Assembly (NCBI GenBank): GCA_002305675.1
Contig: DBQA01000006.1
Coordinates: 189,581-249,005, forward strand
Direction: 5' to 3'
From: Patescibacteria group bacterium UBA1406
GTDB lineage: Bacteria; Patescibacteriota; Microgenomatia; UBA1406
Length of the DNA: 59,425 bases
This document shows, one piece after another, positions 7,864 to 16,573 of the stretch. The translations under genes were made by a program, and so were the position numbers. The notes under the pieces were generated by a model. That model saw only the letters and a list, made by a program, of their open reading frames with translations, ran no database searches and was not told the origin of the DNA. Each line of letters opens with the position of its first letter. The first letter of the stretch is position 1.

Positions 7864-10012
7864 ATCTGAGGTGCAACCCGTGCCTGGTCTTCTCCCAGTA
7901 GTGGGGTTTGATTATCAACTGGTATAGGGCTATCCATGAACCGACGCTCATCATCAGCCAATAGAACGGAATCAGGAAGGCATACTTCACGAGCTCCCAC
8001 TGTCCCCTCTTGGCGGCCCCGACCATGTAGTAATAGAAATAGAGGAAATTACCGAAGACCAGCGAGAAAACGGCCAGATAGAAAAAGGGTGCCAGGTACA
8101 ACGATTCTATTAGCGGTCCGAACACCGGCCTCATGGCAAAATACATCACGGTCATGGCCCAGAACAGGGGGTTTATCCACATGGACAAGACCTTACCGCC
8201 GACTATGAGCTGGAAAGTCAACAGATGGGGGTTGGTCCACTCACTGATGAACTCGTGAGGCCGGCGCATATGCACGAGATATGTCTGGATATAGCCTTTT
8301 ATCCACCGCGAGCGCTGCCTGAACCAGCCGAAAAAGTTACTGTTGGCCTCTTCCCAAGTGGTGGAATCTAGGATCCTGGTTTTGTAGCCGTATTTGAAAA
8401 GCCGGATCCCCAGATCACAGTCCTCGGTGACGTTGAAGGGGTCCCAGCCCTGGAGTAGCTTCAGGTTCTCCCGCCGGAAATGGTTGGAAGTGCCGCCCAG
8501 GGGGATGGGGGCGGAAATGGAGTGCAGTCCTGTCAGCACAAGGTCGAACCATAAAGAATATTCAAGGGTGAAAAGCCTGGTCAGGAGATTCTGGTCGGTA
8601 TTGTAAAAATTCAGTTTGGCCTGGAGGCAGACGACATTCCTGTCCCCGAGCTCACGGAAAGCAACCACTGCCTTCTTCAGTTGCAAAGGGTCCGGTCTGT
8701 CCTCAGCATCATAGATGACCACGTATTCGCCAGTGGCGAACTGCATGGCGTAGTTGCATGCCTTAGGTTTGGTTTTGGGGTCACTCTCGGGAACGATTAT
8801 CTTTTCAAAATACCTCGGCAGATGCATCGCTCCGGCTGCGATCCTCGTCTTCAGATCGTCCTCCTCAAGGACTAAAAGGACCTCCAGCCTGTCTTTCGGG
8901 TAATTGATGTTCTGGATGGCTTTGACAAAATGGGGTAAAACCTCGGCTTCTTTGTACAGCGGGCAGATGATGGTGTACTTCGGCCAACGCTTCTCCCTGG
9001 CAATACTGCGGTAGCTCACTGAAATTGCTGGGTCGCGCCTGAGCGAGATAACGATCAGATAAAGATTGAACAAAAGGTCCATGAAATACAGAACGGACAG
9101 GGCGCTGATGATGACCACCAGGGTCAGGTGCCAACTGTAAAAAGTCAGAACGGTCAAAAGGAGAGCCATAGCCGACAAAGCCACCCACTGCTTAGGCAGA
9201 ACGGTCTCGATAGCGCTATCCTTGAAGTCCAGTTCGGTATAGGGCTGATACCGCTGTTTTTTCCAGCCGATCTCTGCCGGGGCAATGCCGCCGTTTGTGA
9301 CCTTGACAGGTTTGAACGGCTTGAAAGGCAATATCCAAAACCTTAAGGAAGCCAGCATCAGCTCGACACCAGCCAGGAGCAGGTTCATTTTTCCCGTACC
9401 TTTTTTCCTGGAACCGTATTCCACGGGAAAGCTGGCCAACCGATAGCCGGCGTGGCTGGCTTTCAATAGGAATTCCAGGTCGAAGCTCCATTTGGCCGGG
9501 TTCAGTTCAAGGCTGTCTACCACCTCTTTTTTGAAAGCCTTCATGCCGGACTGCACGTCGAGGTCCAGGGCGAAAACACTCTGACCGAAGAACCGCCTGA
9601 ACACATAGGCCAGGAGTTTTTTTATTCTCCGCTCGCCGTTAATATAGATCCTTTCCCCCACTACCACGTCGTTTTTGTCCAGTTTGCTGAGAAGCTCGGG
9701 AATTACTTCCGGTGGATAAGCAAGATCGGCGTCCAAAATAACAAGCAGGCATCGATCGGATTTAATGATACCCTCAAGTATGGAACTGCCTTTCCCTATA
9801 GGGCCTTCCTTCTGGTAAACTCTTATAGGGTATTCCTGTGACAGCTTCTTTAGCAGTACCAAACTCCCGTCCTGGGAATAGTCGTCAATGGCGATAACCT
9901 CATAGTCGTAGGCAGAACTCCTCATTGTCCTGTTAATGCGTAACATCAGCGTTTCGAGATTTTCTTCCTCGTTCCGGACAGGTAAAATTACGCTTACACG
10001 CTGATCTTTCAT
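7847..10012 (-). CDS. Fusion protein: GtrB/DPM1/ArnC-like polyprenyl-phosphate sugar synthase GT2 (N) plus membrane-embedded processive-type GT2 (C)
   Basis: 721 aa. N domain: VSVILPVRNEEENL..IAIDDYSQDGS..ILDADLAYPPE..VVGER..SGMKAF. TM segments follow. Second GT2: ICPLYKEAEVL..YDAEDRPDP..GGTSNHFRR..QRSRWIKGY (Q-x-x-R-W) and C-terminal TMs. Confidence 0.85.
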   Translation of the reverse strand: MKDQRVSVILPVRNEEENLETLMLRINRTMRSSAYDYEVIAIDDYSQDGSLVLLKKLSQEYPIRVYQKEGPIGKGSSILEGIIKSDRCLLVILDADLAYPPEVIPELLSKLDKNDVVVGERIYINGERRIKKLLAYVFRRFFGQSVFALDLDVQSGMKAFKKEVVDSLELNPAKWSFDLEFLLKASHAGYRLASFPVEYGSRKKGTGKMNLLLAGVELMLASLRFWILPFKPFKPVKVTNGGIAPAEIGWKKQRYQPYTELDFKDSAIETVLPKQWVALSAMALLLTVLTFYSWHLTLVVIISALSVLYFMDLLFNLYLIVISLRRDPAISVSYRSIAREKRWPKYTIICPLYKEAEVLPHFVKAIQNINYPKDRLEVLLVLEEDDLKTRIAAGAMHLPRYFEKIIVPESDPKTKPKACNYAMQFATGEYVVIYDAEDRPDPLQLKKAVVAFRELGDRNVVCLQAKLNFYNTDQNLLTRLFTLEYSLWFDLVLTGLHSISAPIPLGGTSNHFRRENLKLLQGWDPFNVTEDCDLGIRLFKYGYKTRILDSTTWEEANSNFFGWFRQRSRWIKGYIQTYLVHMRRPHEFISEWTNPHLLTFQLIVGGKVLSMWINPLFWAMTVMYFAMRPVFGPLIESLYLAPFFYLAVFSLVFGNFLYFYYYMVGAAKRGQWELVKYAFLIPFYWLMMSVGSWIALYQLIIKPHYWEKTRHGLHLRYGNVV

Positions 10013-10123
10013 CGAACAGAGCTAAAAACAGTTAAAGCTTATAAAGTGGCTACATAGTAAAAGCCGGAATACAGAAAGAGGTAAGAATGGCGTAAAAAAA
10101 ATATAAGTCGCCATCAAAAAGTA

Positions 10124-10981
10124 TTATCCGTGGGCGACAATTCTCACATAAGGATTGATGACGTTTCTTAATATATCCTCGTCGTCCGGCCTAGACATCA
10201 CCTCCCGACAGGCTTCAGCCAACCTCGCTTCAAGTTCGACAAAAGGCAGATTGGGAACCGAAACGCCAGCTATGATTTTGTAGAGGATGGATGAGGGGTT
10301 ATACTTAAACCTTTCGGGTATAGCCAGCCGACCGGCAAAGGTGACTATTTCGAACCGCTGGGAATTAAAGCCCGGAATTACCTGGGCTTCCCACTGGGTC
10401 GAGTCATCTAATGGTCCGATCTCATACTTATATCTCAGCTTCGCCCCTTCCGGGCTGTAGGTGAAGAATGGCTCGTTGCCTTCCCGCACCAGCATCCCGG
10501 CCCCCTGGATGAAATCAAGCACTGGCATATGTCTTTGCATGGCGGCCTGGAGAGCCTCTCTCTCCTTGCGGTTCTCCCTTTCATACATGACTATCAGCAA
10601 GTTGTAAATTTTACCCAGCTGTTCCGGGGAGATATGCGGATAAAGGGTAGTTCTAAAGTGCGGGATCTCATAACCCTGACCGGCCCTGCTCCTGACCCAC
10701 GTCACCAGGTCATAGCCGCCGAACGGGACCTCCAGGTTCAGCCATCCGTCCGCACCCACAACCTCCAGGCTAATGACATCGGGGTCAAAGTTCAGATGCC
10801 TGATATGCACGTCCGGTTCCCTGGTCGACTGCACCGCTTGGCGCAGGCGCGGCCGGGGAGAGGCATGATCAAAGTTGAACCGGTTGAAGAAAATGTTCCG
10901 GGTGAAATCCCCCAACACACTCTTCTGCGGTGCCTCAAAGAACAATCCTTTATGGTCATTCCCGAACGACTCAATTTTCAT
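10124..10981 (-). CDS. Hypothetical cytoplasmic protein (285 aa from ATG 10981; tracker start 10990 is GTG)
   Basis: Long clean ORF with normal composition, no TM and no motif I recognise. A palindromic element lies about 110 nt upstream. Confidence 0.6.
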   Translation of the reverse strand: MKIESFGNDHKGLFFEAPQKSVLGDFTRNIFFNRFNFDHASPRPRLRQAVQSTREPDVHIRHLNFDPDVISLEVVGADGWLNLEVPFGGYDLVTWVRSRAGQGYEIPHFRTTLYPHISPEQLGKIYNLLIVMYERENRKEREALQAAMQRHMPVLDFIQGAGMLVREGNEPFFTYSPEGAKLRYKYEIGPLDDSTQWEAQVIPGFNSQRFEIVTFAGRLAIPERFKYNPSSILYKIIAGVSVPNLPFVELEARLAEACREVMSRPDDEDILRNVINPYVRIVAHG

Positions 10982-11090
10982 CAACCTCACATCCTACACC
11001 CCTGTATCCGGAATTACAATAACGAATGTAATAAAATCAATGAAAAAAACCGTTTTCCTGCTCTCTCCATCCCCTCCCAATAGGCCCTTT

Positions 11091-11109
11091 CCAACCGCGG
11101 CGGTTGGTA
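11091..11109. repeat. Copy C of the 19-nt palindromic element TACCAACCGCCGCGGTTGG (reverse orientation)
   Basis: The plus strand reads CCAACCGCGGCGGTTGGTA. The core is an 8+8 perfect inverted repeat with a 1-nt centre. It sits at the transition from normal-GC to AT-rich sequence. Confidence 0.85.
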
Positions 11110-11235
11110 CCAGGGCCATAAGACTGTACATATCGTTCAGATTTTCGAAATAAATGCAGATTTTAATTTCAGTCGGTATCGTATATCAAGTAATGGGAAC
11201 TTAGATCACTATAACGTGGGTGAGATATTTGCTTG

Positions 11236-13914
11236 TTATATGAGTTTTACCAAATGACCAACTGATCTTAGCAAAATATCTGCATAAGCATAACTTTGTT
11301 GTTGAATCGCCACCTCTACCTCTTTTACTCTTGTTTGAATATTTTGTAAAACCTGAAGGTCATAAGATGTTTCTTTTTTTTTATTATTTCTCTGTATAAG
11401 TTTCTTCTCTGCTAGAGCTTTTAATCTTGTTTTAATAACTAAGTCGGCTCGAGTTTTCAGTCTCAATAGTTTATTAAACTTCCGCTCATTTATTTGACCA
11501 TACAATTTTTCTAGTTTCGAAATTGACTTTAACAGCAAGGTTCTATTAATAGTGGATGATTCTTTATTTATAGCTTTAAATATATTCTCGTGAGCGCTTA
11601 TTAAGTCTTTATTATCTGATTTCCATACCTTTTCTCCATCATCAAGTCTAACCTTCTTAAGATTACCAATTGCATCCTGAAGGTGTTTTGTCTTAATAGA
11701 CTTAAATAGAAAGTCAAGATAATTGATTAGTTCATTCAATAAGTCCTGTTCTTTGAAGTTCAATTCACTACGATGCTGCTCTAATATAAATGAGTAGCGA
11801 TCTCTTTCTCCCGTAGGGTCATCAGATGTTATCTCACCTTCTATTTCATACCAATTATCATAATTCTCATTTGTGGATCCGATCAGAACCGAATAACGAC
11901 CCTTTTCCTTGCCTTTTGCTATCATTTCATAATTTCCGGGATGAGCATTCTCAACAAAAACTACGCCTTTATTCTCGGAAAATATCTGATTTTCAAATTT
12001 AACCTCGAGTTCAATCGGTGATCGTACTAGGAATATAAGGGAGGGGAAAAGGTTGGTTTTATCTCCTTCCGAAATGTCGCTTTCTTTATTCTCAATCCCT
12101 AATGCGTTAAGAATTTCCTTTATTCCCTGGCTTCTATAGACAAGCTCTCCGTGGTCAAGAGAAAGAGTTTTACTGTTTGGCTCTATTTTTGCGCTTTTGC
12201 CTGTAACAACATAGTCTCCAATTTCGTAGATATTTTCTACTGGTCTACCATCAATATAGTTACCCATCAGCTTGTCAAAGAATGTCGGAGATGTAACTCT
12301 AAATCCCGAAAGAGTATTTCCTTTTTCGCCAACAACTGTGTTTATCAATAAGACTGAATCAAGAAAAAAATGATTATAGTTTAGAAGTGTATTGTTTTTA
12401 ATAGACATACTGTCAATCGTAATTGGTGTCTTGTCAGCATTAAGAATATAATTATAAGTTGGTAACAGATCTCTGAGGATAGGCATTTTTTCGTTTAAAA
12501 CCTGTCTGTCGGTTTTCATACCATCTCTATAAAGCTGAATTATTACTTTTTGTGCTAACCACTCCAGATTGTTATATCTATCAATTTCGCCGGCTTCTAC
12601 TGCTTTATACACCTGTGCCACTCCTTTATGAGGAGAGCCAATTGTAATTATATTGTCCAGATTAAGTGGCTTATGCTTTTGAGCATAAATTCTGCCGATT
12701 AGTCCCCCTAAAGAATGGCCGACCAAACTAAATGTCTGGTCCGGATTAACAGATACTATTTCCTCTTTAATAAAGTTATCTAAGTCGCTAGCAGAATTTT
12801 CTAAGCTTTTACGCCAATCATAAGCGAAAATATATAAATCTTTACCATTTTGATAACCCAAGTTATTAAGAGTATTAATTAAACCAACATACTCGTTAGC
12901 AATTGGGTTGATTTGCCAATCAGATAATTCGACATTGCGCTCATGTAAAATTGCGTCTTTATTCCAGGAACCAAATAAGCCGGGTATTAAAACAATTGTC
13001 GGCTTTTCTTGTGTCAAAACTTCACTCGTCGCCATATTTAACGTCCATCCATTATCACCACGTCCGGAGTAATAAAGCCTACTCTTGTGTTCACTCTTGA
13101 TAATGGATGGTTGTATTAAATGATACTTATCATAGTTTTGACTACCATATAAAACCCTTACAGGATCTGACCATGTCATATTACATGACAATTGTCTATC
13201 ATATGAGCTCATAACGTAGATACCGTATCCATAAGCATTATGAAAAAATAGTTTATAAGAATTGTCGTCCTTAAGGATGAACGCCCCATCAGCATCTTGC
13301 GTTATATAGCTAGAGCATTTGTCCCAATTAATAAAGTCATTGGATATAGCTAGGTTAATACGAAAGCCTTGTGATCCCCAATATCCATAAAATAGGTAGT
13401 ATTTATTGTTTTCGTAAAACGGAAAACCATTAGACACTCCTCTCGATTCTAAAGTGTTGCCATCTGACTTAAGTGCCGGTTTTAGGTTTGAGCTACAATT
13501 GAATTCTGCGTCACAGTCGGAAATCACAATTTCATACAGTTCTTGTTCTTTCTCTATTGTTATAAACAACTTAACATCGTTAGTCGACATCTTTAGTACT
13601 CTTGTTCCAAAAAGGCTATAATTTGAACTCAATATCTCTTTTATTAAAAACCACTCAAAACCGTTTCCGGACTGTCCAAGATAAAGTGAAAACTTATTGT
13701 TATTTTTCACTGAGAATATCCCTTTGAAGACCCCTTCGTCTAAGAAGATATTTGTTTGCAGTATTTCTTTGCCATCGAGATTAGATATGATCAGCGGATT
13801 ATGGTCTGATTTAATAAAATTGTCATCAGCATACGCTGAGGTAGTTAGACTCTTGATAATAATAGGCACTATTATTAGAAGGAATAATATTTTACGTAAC
13901 CTCATTAATCTCAT
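11236..13914 (-). CDS. Secreted multidomain protein: propeller-like N-domain, LCAT/PGAP1-type alpha/beta-hydrolase (lipase/acyltransferase) core, coiled-coil C-terminal tail
   Basis: 892 aa from ATG 13914 (tracker start 13941 is TTG). Signal peptide MRLMRLRKILFLLIIVPIIIKSLTTSAYA. Lipase hallmarks: IVLIPGLFGSW, YDWR, LVGHSLGG, IGSPHKG. The last ~250 aa are K/E/L-rich and helical. The gene is strongly AT-rich. Confidence 0.75.
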   Translation of the reverse strand: MRLMRLRKILFLLIIVPIIIKSLTTSAYADDNFIKSDHNPLIISNLDGKEILQTNIFLDEGVFKGIFSVKNNNKFSLYLGQSGNGFEWFLIKEILSSNYSLFGTRVLKMSTNDVKLFITIEKEQELYEIVISDCDAEFNCSSNLKPALKSDGNTLESRGVSNGFPFYENNKYYLFYGYWGSQGFRINLAISNDFINWDKCSSYITQDADGAFILKDDNSYKLFFHNAYGYGIYVMSSYDRQLSCNMTWSDPVRVLYGSQNYDKYHLIQPSIIKSEHKSRLYYSGRGDNGWTLNMATSEVLTQEKPTIVLIPGLFGSWNKDAILHERNVELSDWQINPIANEYVGLINTLNNLGYQNGKDLYIFAYDWRKSLENSASDLDNFIKEEIVSVNPDQTFSLVGHSLGGLIGRIYAQKHKPLNLDNIITIGSPHKGVAQVYKAVEAGEIDRYNNLEWLAQKVIIQLYRDGMKTDRQVLNEKMPILRDLLPTYNYILNADKTPITIDSMSIKNNTLLNYNHFFLDSVLLINTVVGEKGNTLSGFRVTSPTFFDKLMGNYIDGRPVENIYEIGDYVVTGKSAKIEPNSKTLSLDHGELVYRSQGIKEILNALGIENKESDISEGDKTNLFPSLIFLVRSPIELEVKFENQIFSENKGVVFVENAHPGNYEMIAKGKEKGRYSVLIGSTNENYDNWYEIEGEITSDDPTGERDRYSFILEQHRSELNFKEQDLLNELINYLDFLFKSIKTKHLQDAIGNLKKVRLDDGEKVWKSDNKDLISAHENIFKAINKESSTINRTLLLKSISKLEKLYGQINERKFNKLLRLKTRADLVIKTRLKALAEKKLIQRNNKKKETSYDLQVLQNIQTRVKEVEVAIQQQSYAYADILLRSVGHLVKLI

Positions 13915-14045
13915 TATTTGATGGTCTCGAAAATTTTCCAACCGTTTATAGTCGTCAAGGGGGGGTGATTTGGTGGGGCTATAGAGCCAACTAAGTCTGT
14001 AAAGGTCACTACAAAAGGGAATGGTATAATGGTTGCACTAAGGGC

Positions 14046-15077
14046 ATGAAAAAGATATTGTTACCGCTTTTATTTACCGGCTTCGGTATTCTGGTTGGTC
14101 TTTTTTTGGCAAGATTAAATACTGGAACACTTAATCCTTTTGTTGGACAGGGAACCCCATTTTCTTATCCTTTAAGAAAGTATACTTTTGATAATTTAAG
14201 AAATACCACCTTTGAAGGCAGTCAAATAACCATTGGAGAAAAAATTGAAGAGGAGGAATCATTTGAATCGCGAGTGTTCTATTTTACAAGCGAAGGAAAA
14301 AAGGTAAGTGGTATGATCAATATTCCTAAACAGAAGGGATTATACCCTGTCGCTGTGCTTTTCCGAGGTTTTGTTGACCATTCAATTTATACAACCGGTG
14401 TTGGTACGATGAATGTGAGCAAAGGACTTGCTCGAAACGGCTTCATAACCATAGCTCCCGATTTCTTAGGCTATGGTGAATCCGACATGCCCTCAACAGA
14501 CACTATTGAAGAAAGATTTGAAACGTATACCACTGCCCTCAATCTCTTGGCCTCTTTAAAAAACATAGAGGGCGCCTTGACTAATAACGGTTTTCTCGGG
14601 GTTGGGGCTAATATAGACAAGACTGTTATATGGGGCCATAGCAATGGAGGTCATATTGCTTTATCCATTCTGGCTATTACCGGAAGGCCGTACCCGACCG
14701 TCTTATGGGCACCCGTATCCAAACCCTTCCCATATTCTGTACTTTACTTCACAGATGAATTTGCAGATAACGGCAAATCTTTAAGAAAAGTTGTGGCCAA
14801 TTTCGAGAAGGACTATGACATTGATCTTTATTCTGCACCCAGTTACTATAAATGGATTAAAGCTCCCATACAGATCCATCAAGGTACGGACGACGATGCA
14901 GTTCCTCTGAGATGGTCTGATCAGCTATATAAAGCTCTGGTAAACCTGGAGGCAGATGCAGAATATTTTGTTTATCCGGGCGATGACCACAATCTTAACC
15001 CCAATGGCTGGTCCGATGCCTTTTCAAGATCATTATATTTCTATATGGACAAACTTGAAAATCCTTCATATAACTAA
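14046..15077 (+). CDS. Membrane-anchored alpha/beta serine hydrolase (dienelactone hydrolase / S9-like)
   Basis: 343 aa. N-terminal TM, nucleophile elbow WGHSNGG, HQGTDDDAVP (Asp) and PGDDHNL (His). TGGTATAAT extended -10 lies 15 nt upstream. AT-rich. Confidence 0.8.
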   Translation: MKKILLPLLFTGFGILVGLFLARLNTGTLNPFVGQGTPFSYPLRKYTFDNLRNTTFEGSQITIGEKIEEEESFESRVFYFTSEGKKVSGMINIPKQKGLYPVAVLFRGFVDHSIYTTGVGTMNVSKGLARNGFITIAPDFLGYGESDMPSTDTIEERFETYTTALNLLASLKNIEGALTNNGFLGVGANIDKTVIWGHSNGGHIALSILAITGRPYPTVLWAPVSKPFPYSVLYFTDEFADNGKSLRKVVANFEKDYDIDLYSAPSYYKWIKAPIQIHQGTDDDAVPLRWSDQLYKALVNLEADAEYFVYPGDDHNLNPNGWSDAFSRSLYFYMDKLENPSYN

Positions 15078-15083
15078 TATTAA

Positions 15084-15815
15084 ATGACTTCGGGTTTTAC
15101 ACCTTTCATAAAAAAAAAGACTAAATATCTGTTAAATCTATCCCGATGCTTGTTAAATCGCATAAGATTACCTATTCTTCTTAAGGAGAGTCGTAAATTA
15201 CATCTTGGTTGTGGTGATAATAAAATGAAAGGCTTTTTAAATATTGATATAAGACCAACGTCTGCATCGGATATTATCAATAATGCTAGTAGGCTTGATG
15301 CTTTTCCTTCGAATACATTTCGAATAGTTTTTAGCAATGCTTTTTTTGAGCACCTCTACTATCTTGAAAGGCCTGAATGTTTGAAAAATGTCAATAGAGT
15401 CCTTAGATCTGACGGGTTAATCATTTTTATCGGAATTCCTGATTTCAGACAAGTTGCTGATGCATATATAAACAAAAAACCAGGTATAACATCTAAAACG
15501 TTTACCCTAGAAGAAGTCTATAGATATACACATGGCTATCCAGAGCAAGTACCAGATTGGTGGATGGCCCAACTTCATAAATCCTTATTTGATACAGAAA
15601 CATTAAATGAGTTGCTGATTAGCTCCGGTTTTAAAACATTCGTCATCTTTAACTATTGTTTTGTAAATGAGAAGTTGCCTTTAATGATTGGTTTCTGCGC
15701 CTCTAAGGAGAAACATAAAAGAATTATTAACCTTAAGGTGTTAGCGGATATACTAAAGAAGCTTACTAATACTGTTGACCTAAATACTTTAAAGATAGTT
15801 AATACTAGAAAATGA
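15084..15815 (+). CDS. Class I SAM-dependent methyltransferase
   Basis: 243 aa. LHLGCGDNKMKGFLNIDI (motif I) and LRSDGLIIF (post-II). AT-rich. The stop TGA overlaps the ATG of the next gene (ATGA). Confidence 0.75.
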   Translation: MTSGFTPFIKKKTKYLLNLSRCLLNRIRLPILLKESRKLHLGCGDNKMKGFLNIDIRPTSASDIINNASRLDAFPSNTFRIVFSNAFFEHLYYLERPECLKNVNRVLRSDGLIIFIGIPDFRQVADAYINKKPGITSKTFTLEEVYRYTHGYPEQVPDWWMAQLHKSLFDTETLNELLISSGFKTFVIFNYCFVNEKLPLMIGFCASKEKHKRIINLKVLADILKKLTNTVDLNTLKIVNTRK

Positions 15816-16573
15816 AGCCTACCCTCAGCGTCGTCGTCATCTCCCAGAACTCGGAGCGCGTGATAGCAAATACACTGAAATCTGTCCAGGGGTGGGCTGA
15901 TGAGATCGTGGTCGTAGACGGATACTCTACTGACCAGACCCGGACCATTTCGGAAAAATACGGCGCCAAAGTGTATCTGAAAAAATACCAGCACGAAGGC
16001 CGGCAAAAAGCCTTTGCCCTGTCAAAAGCCAAAAGCGATTGGGTTTTGTCCCTGGACACTGACGAAGTTGTCAGTACCTCTCTCAAGAAAGAAATCCATA
16101 TGGTCCTATCGAGTAATCGTGATGGAGCAGACAGCTATATCATCCCTTTCCAAAATCATTATCTCAACCGGCACCTGAAATACGGCGGAGAAGATTATAA
16201 GCTCCTAAGGCTGTTTAAGCGTAAAATAGCCAAAGTAAAAAAGGCCCAGATCCATGCTCCGTTCGATGTCGGTAAAGCTAAGGTAGGTGAGCTTCGTAAT
16301 AAAATCCTCCACTATTCATACCGTTCCGTCCCGCAGTTGTATGGCAAATTCACCGGTTATGCCCTGCGGGAGGCCAAGACCAAACAGGCAAAGGGCGAGC
16401 GAACATCCCTGAAAAAAATATTCCTCTATCCTCCGCACATGTTCTATGCCCGTTTCGTCGAAAGCCAGGGTTACAAAGATGGATTGTTCCGAATTCCTCT
16501 GGATCTGGGGTTCGCTTATATGGAACTTTTGACTTATCTGGCCCTCGCGTACTACAATATGAAGCATAAATGA
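15812..16573 (+). CDS. GT2 glycosyltransferase (small soluble type)
   Basis: 253 aa. LSVVVISQNSE..ADEIVVVDGYSTDQT..LSLDTDEVV. Paralogue of 20702-21448. Confidence 0.85.
   Translation: MKPTLSVVVISQNSERVIANTLKSVQGWADEIVVVDGYSTDQTRTISEKYGAKVYLKKYQHEGRQKAFALSKAKSDWVLSLDTDEVVSTSLKKEIHMVLSSNRDGADSYIIPFQNHYLNRHLKYGGEDYKLLRLFKRKIAKVKKAQIHAPFDVGKAKVGELRNKILHYSYRSVPQLYGKFTGYALREAKTKQAKGERTSLKKIFLYPPHMFYARFVESQGYKDGLFRIPLDLGFAYMELLTYLALAYYNMKHK

Noticed and set aside
10013-10123. ATGGCG...CGCCAT inverted repeat downstream of the 285-aa gene, and an imperfect GC hairpin in the convergent spacer 28089-28143
   Set aside because: The first has a 6-bp stem with a 16-nt A/T loop. The second has mismatches and no U-tract. 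Both are too weak to call as terminators by eye.
11091-11109. The GC-rich palindromes acting as rho-independent terminators
   Set aside because: The inverted repeat has a 1-nt centre, so no viable loop forms without sacrificing the stem. No U-tract follows on either strand. Two of the three copies lie between divergent gene starts, where no terminator is needed.
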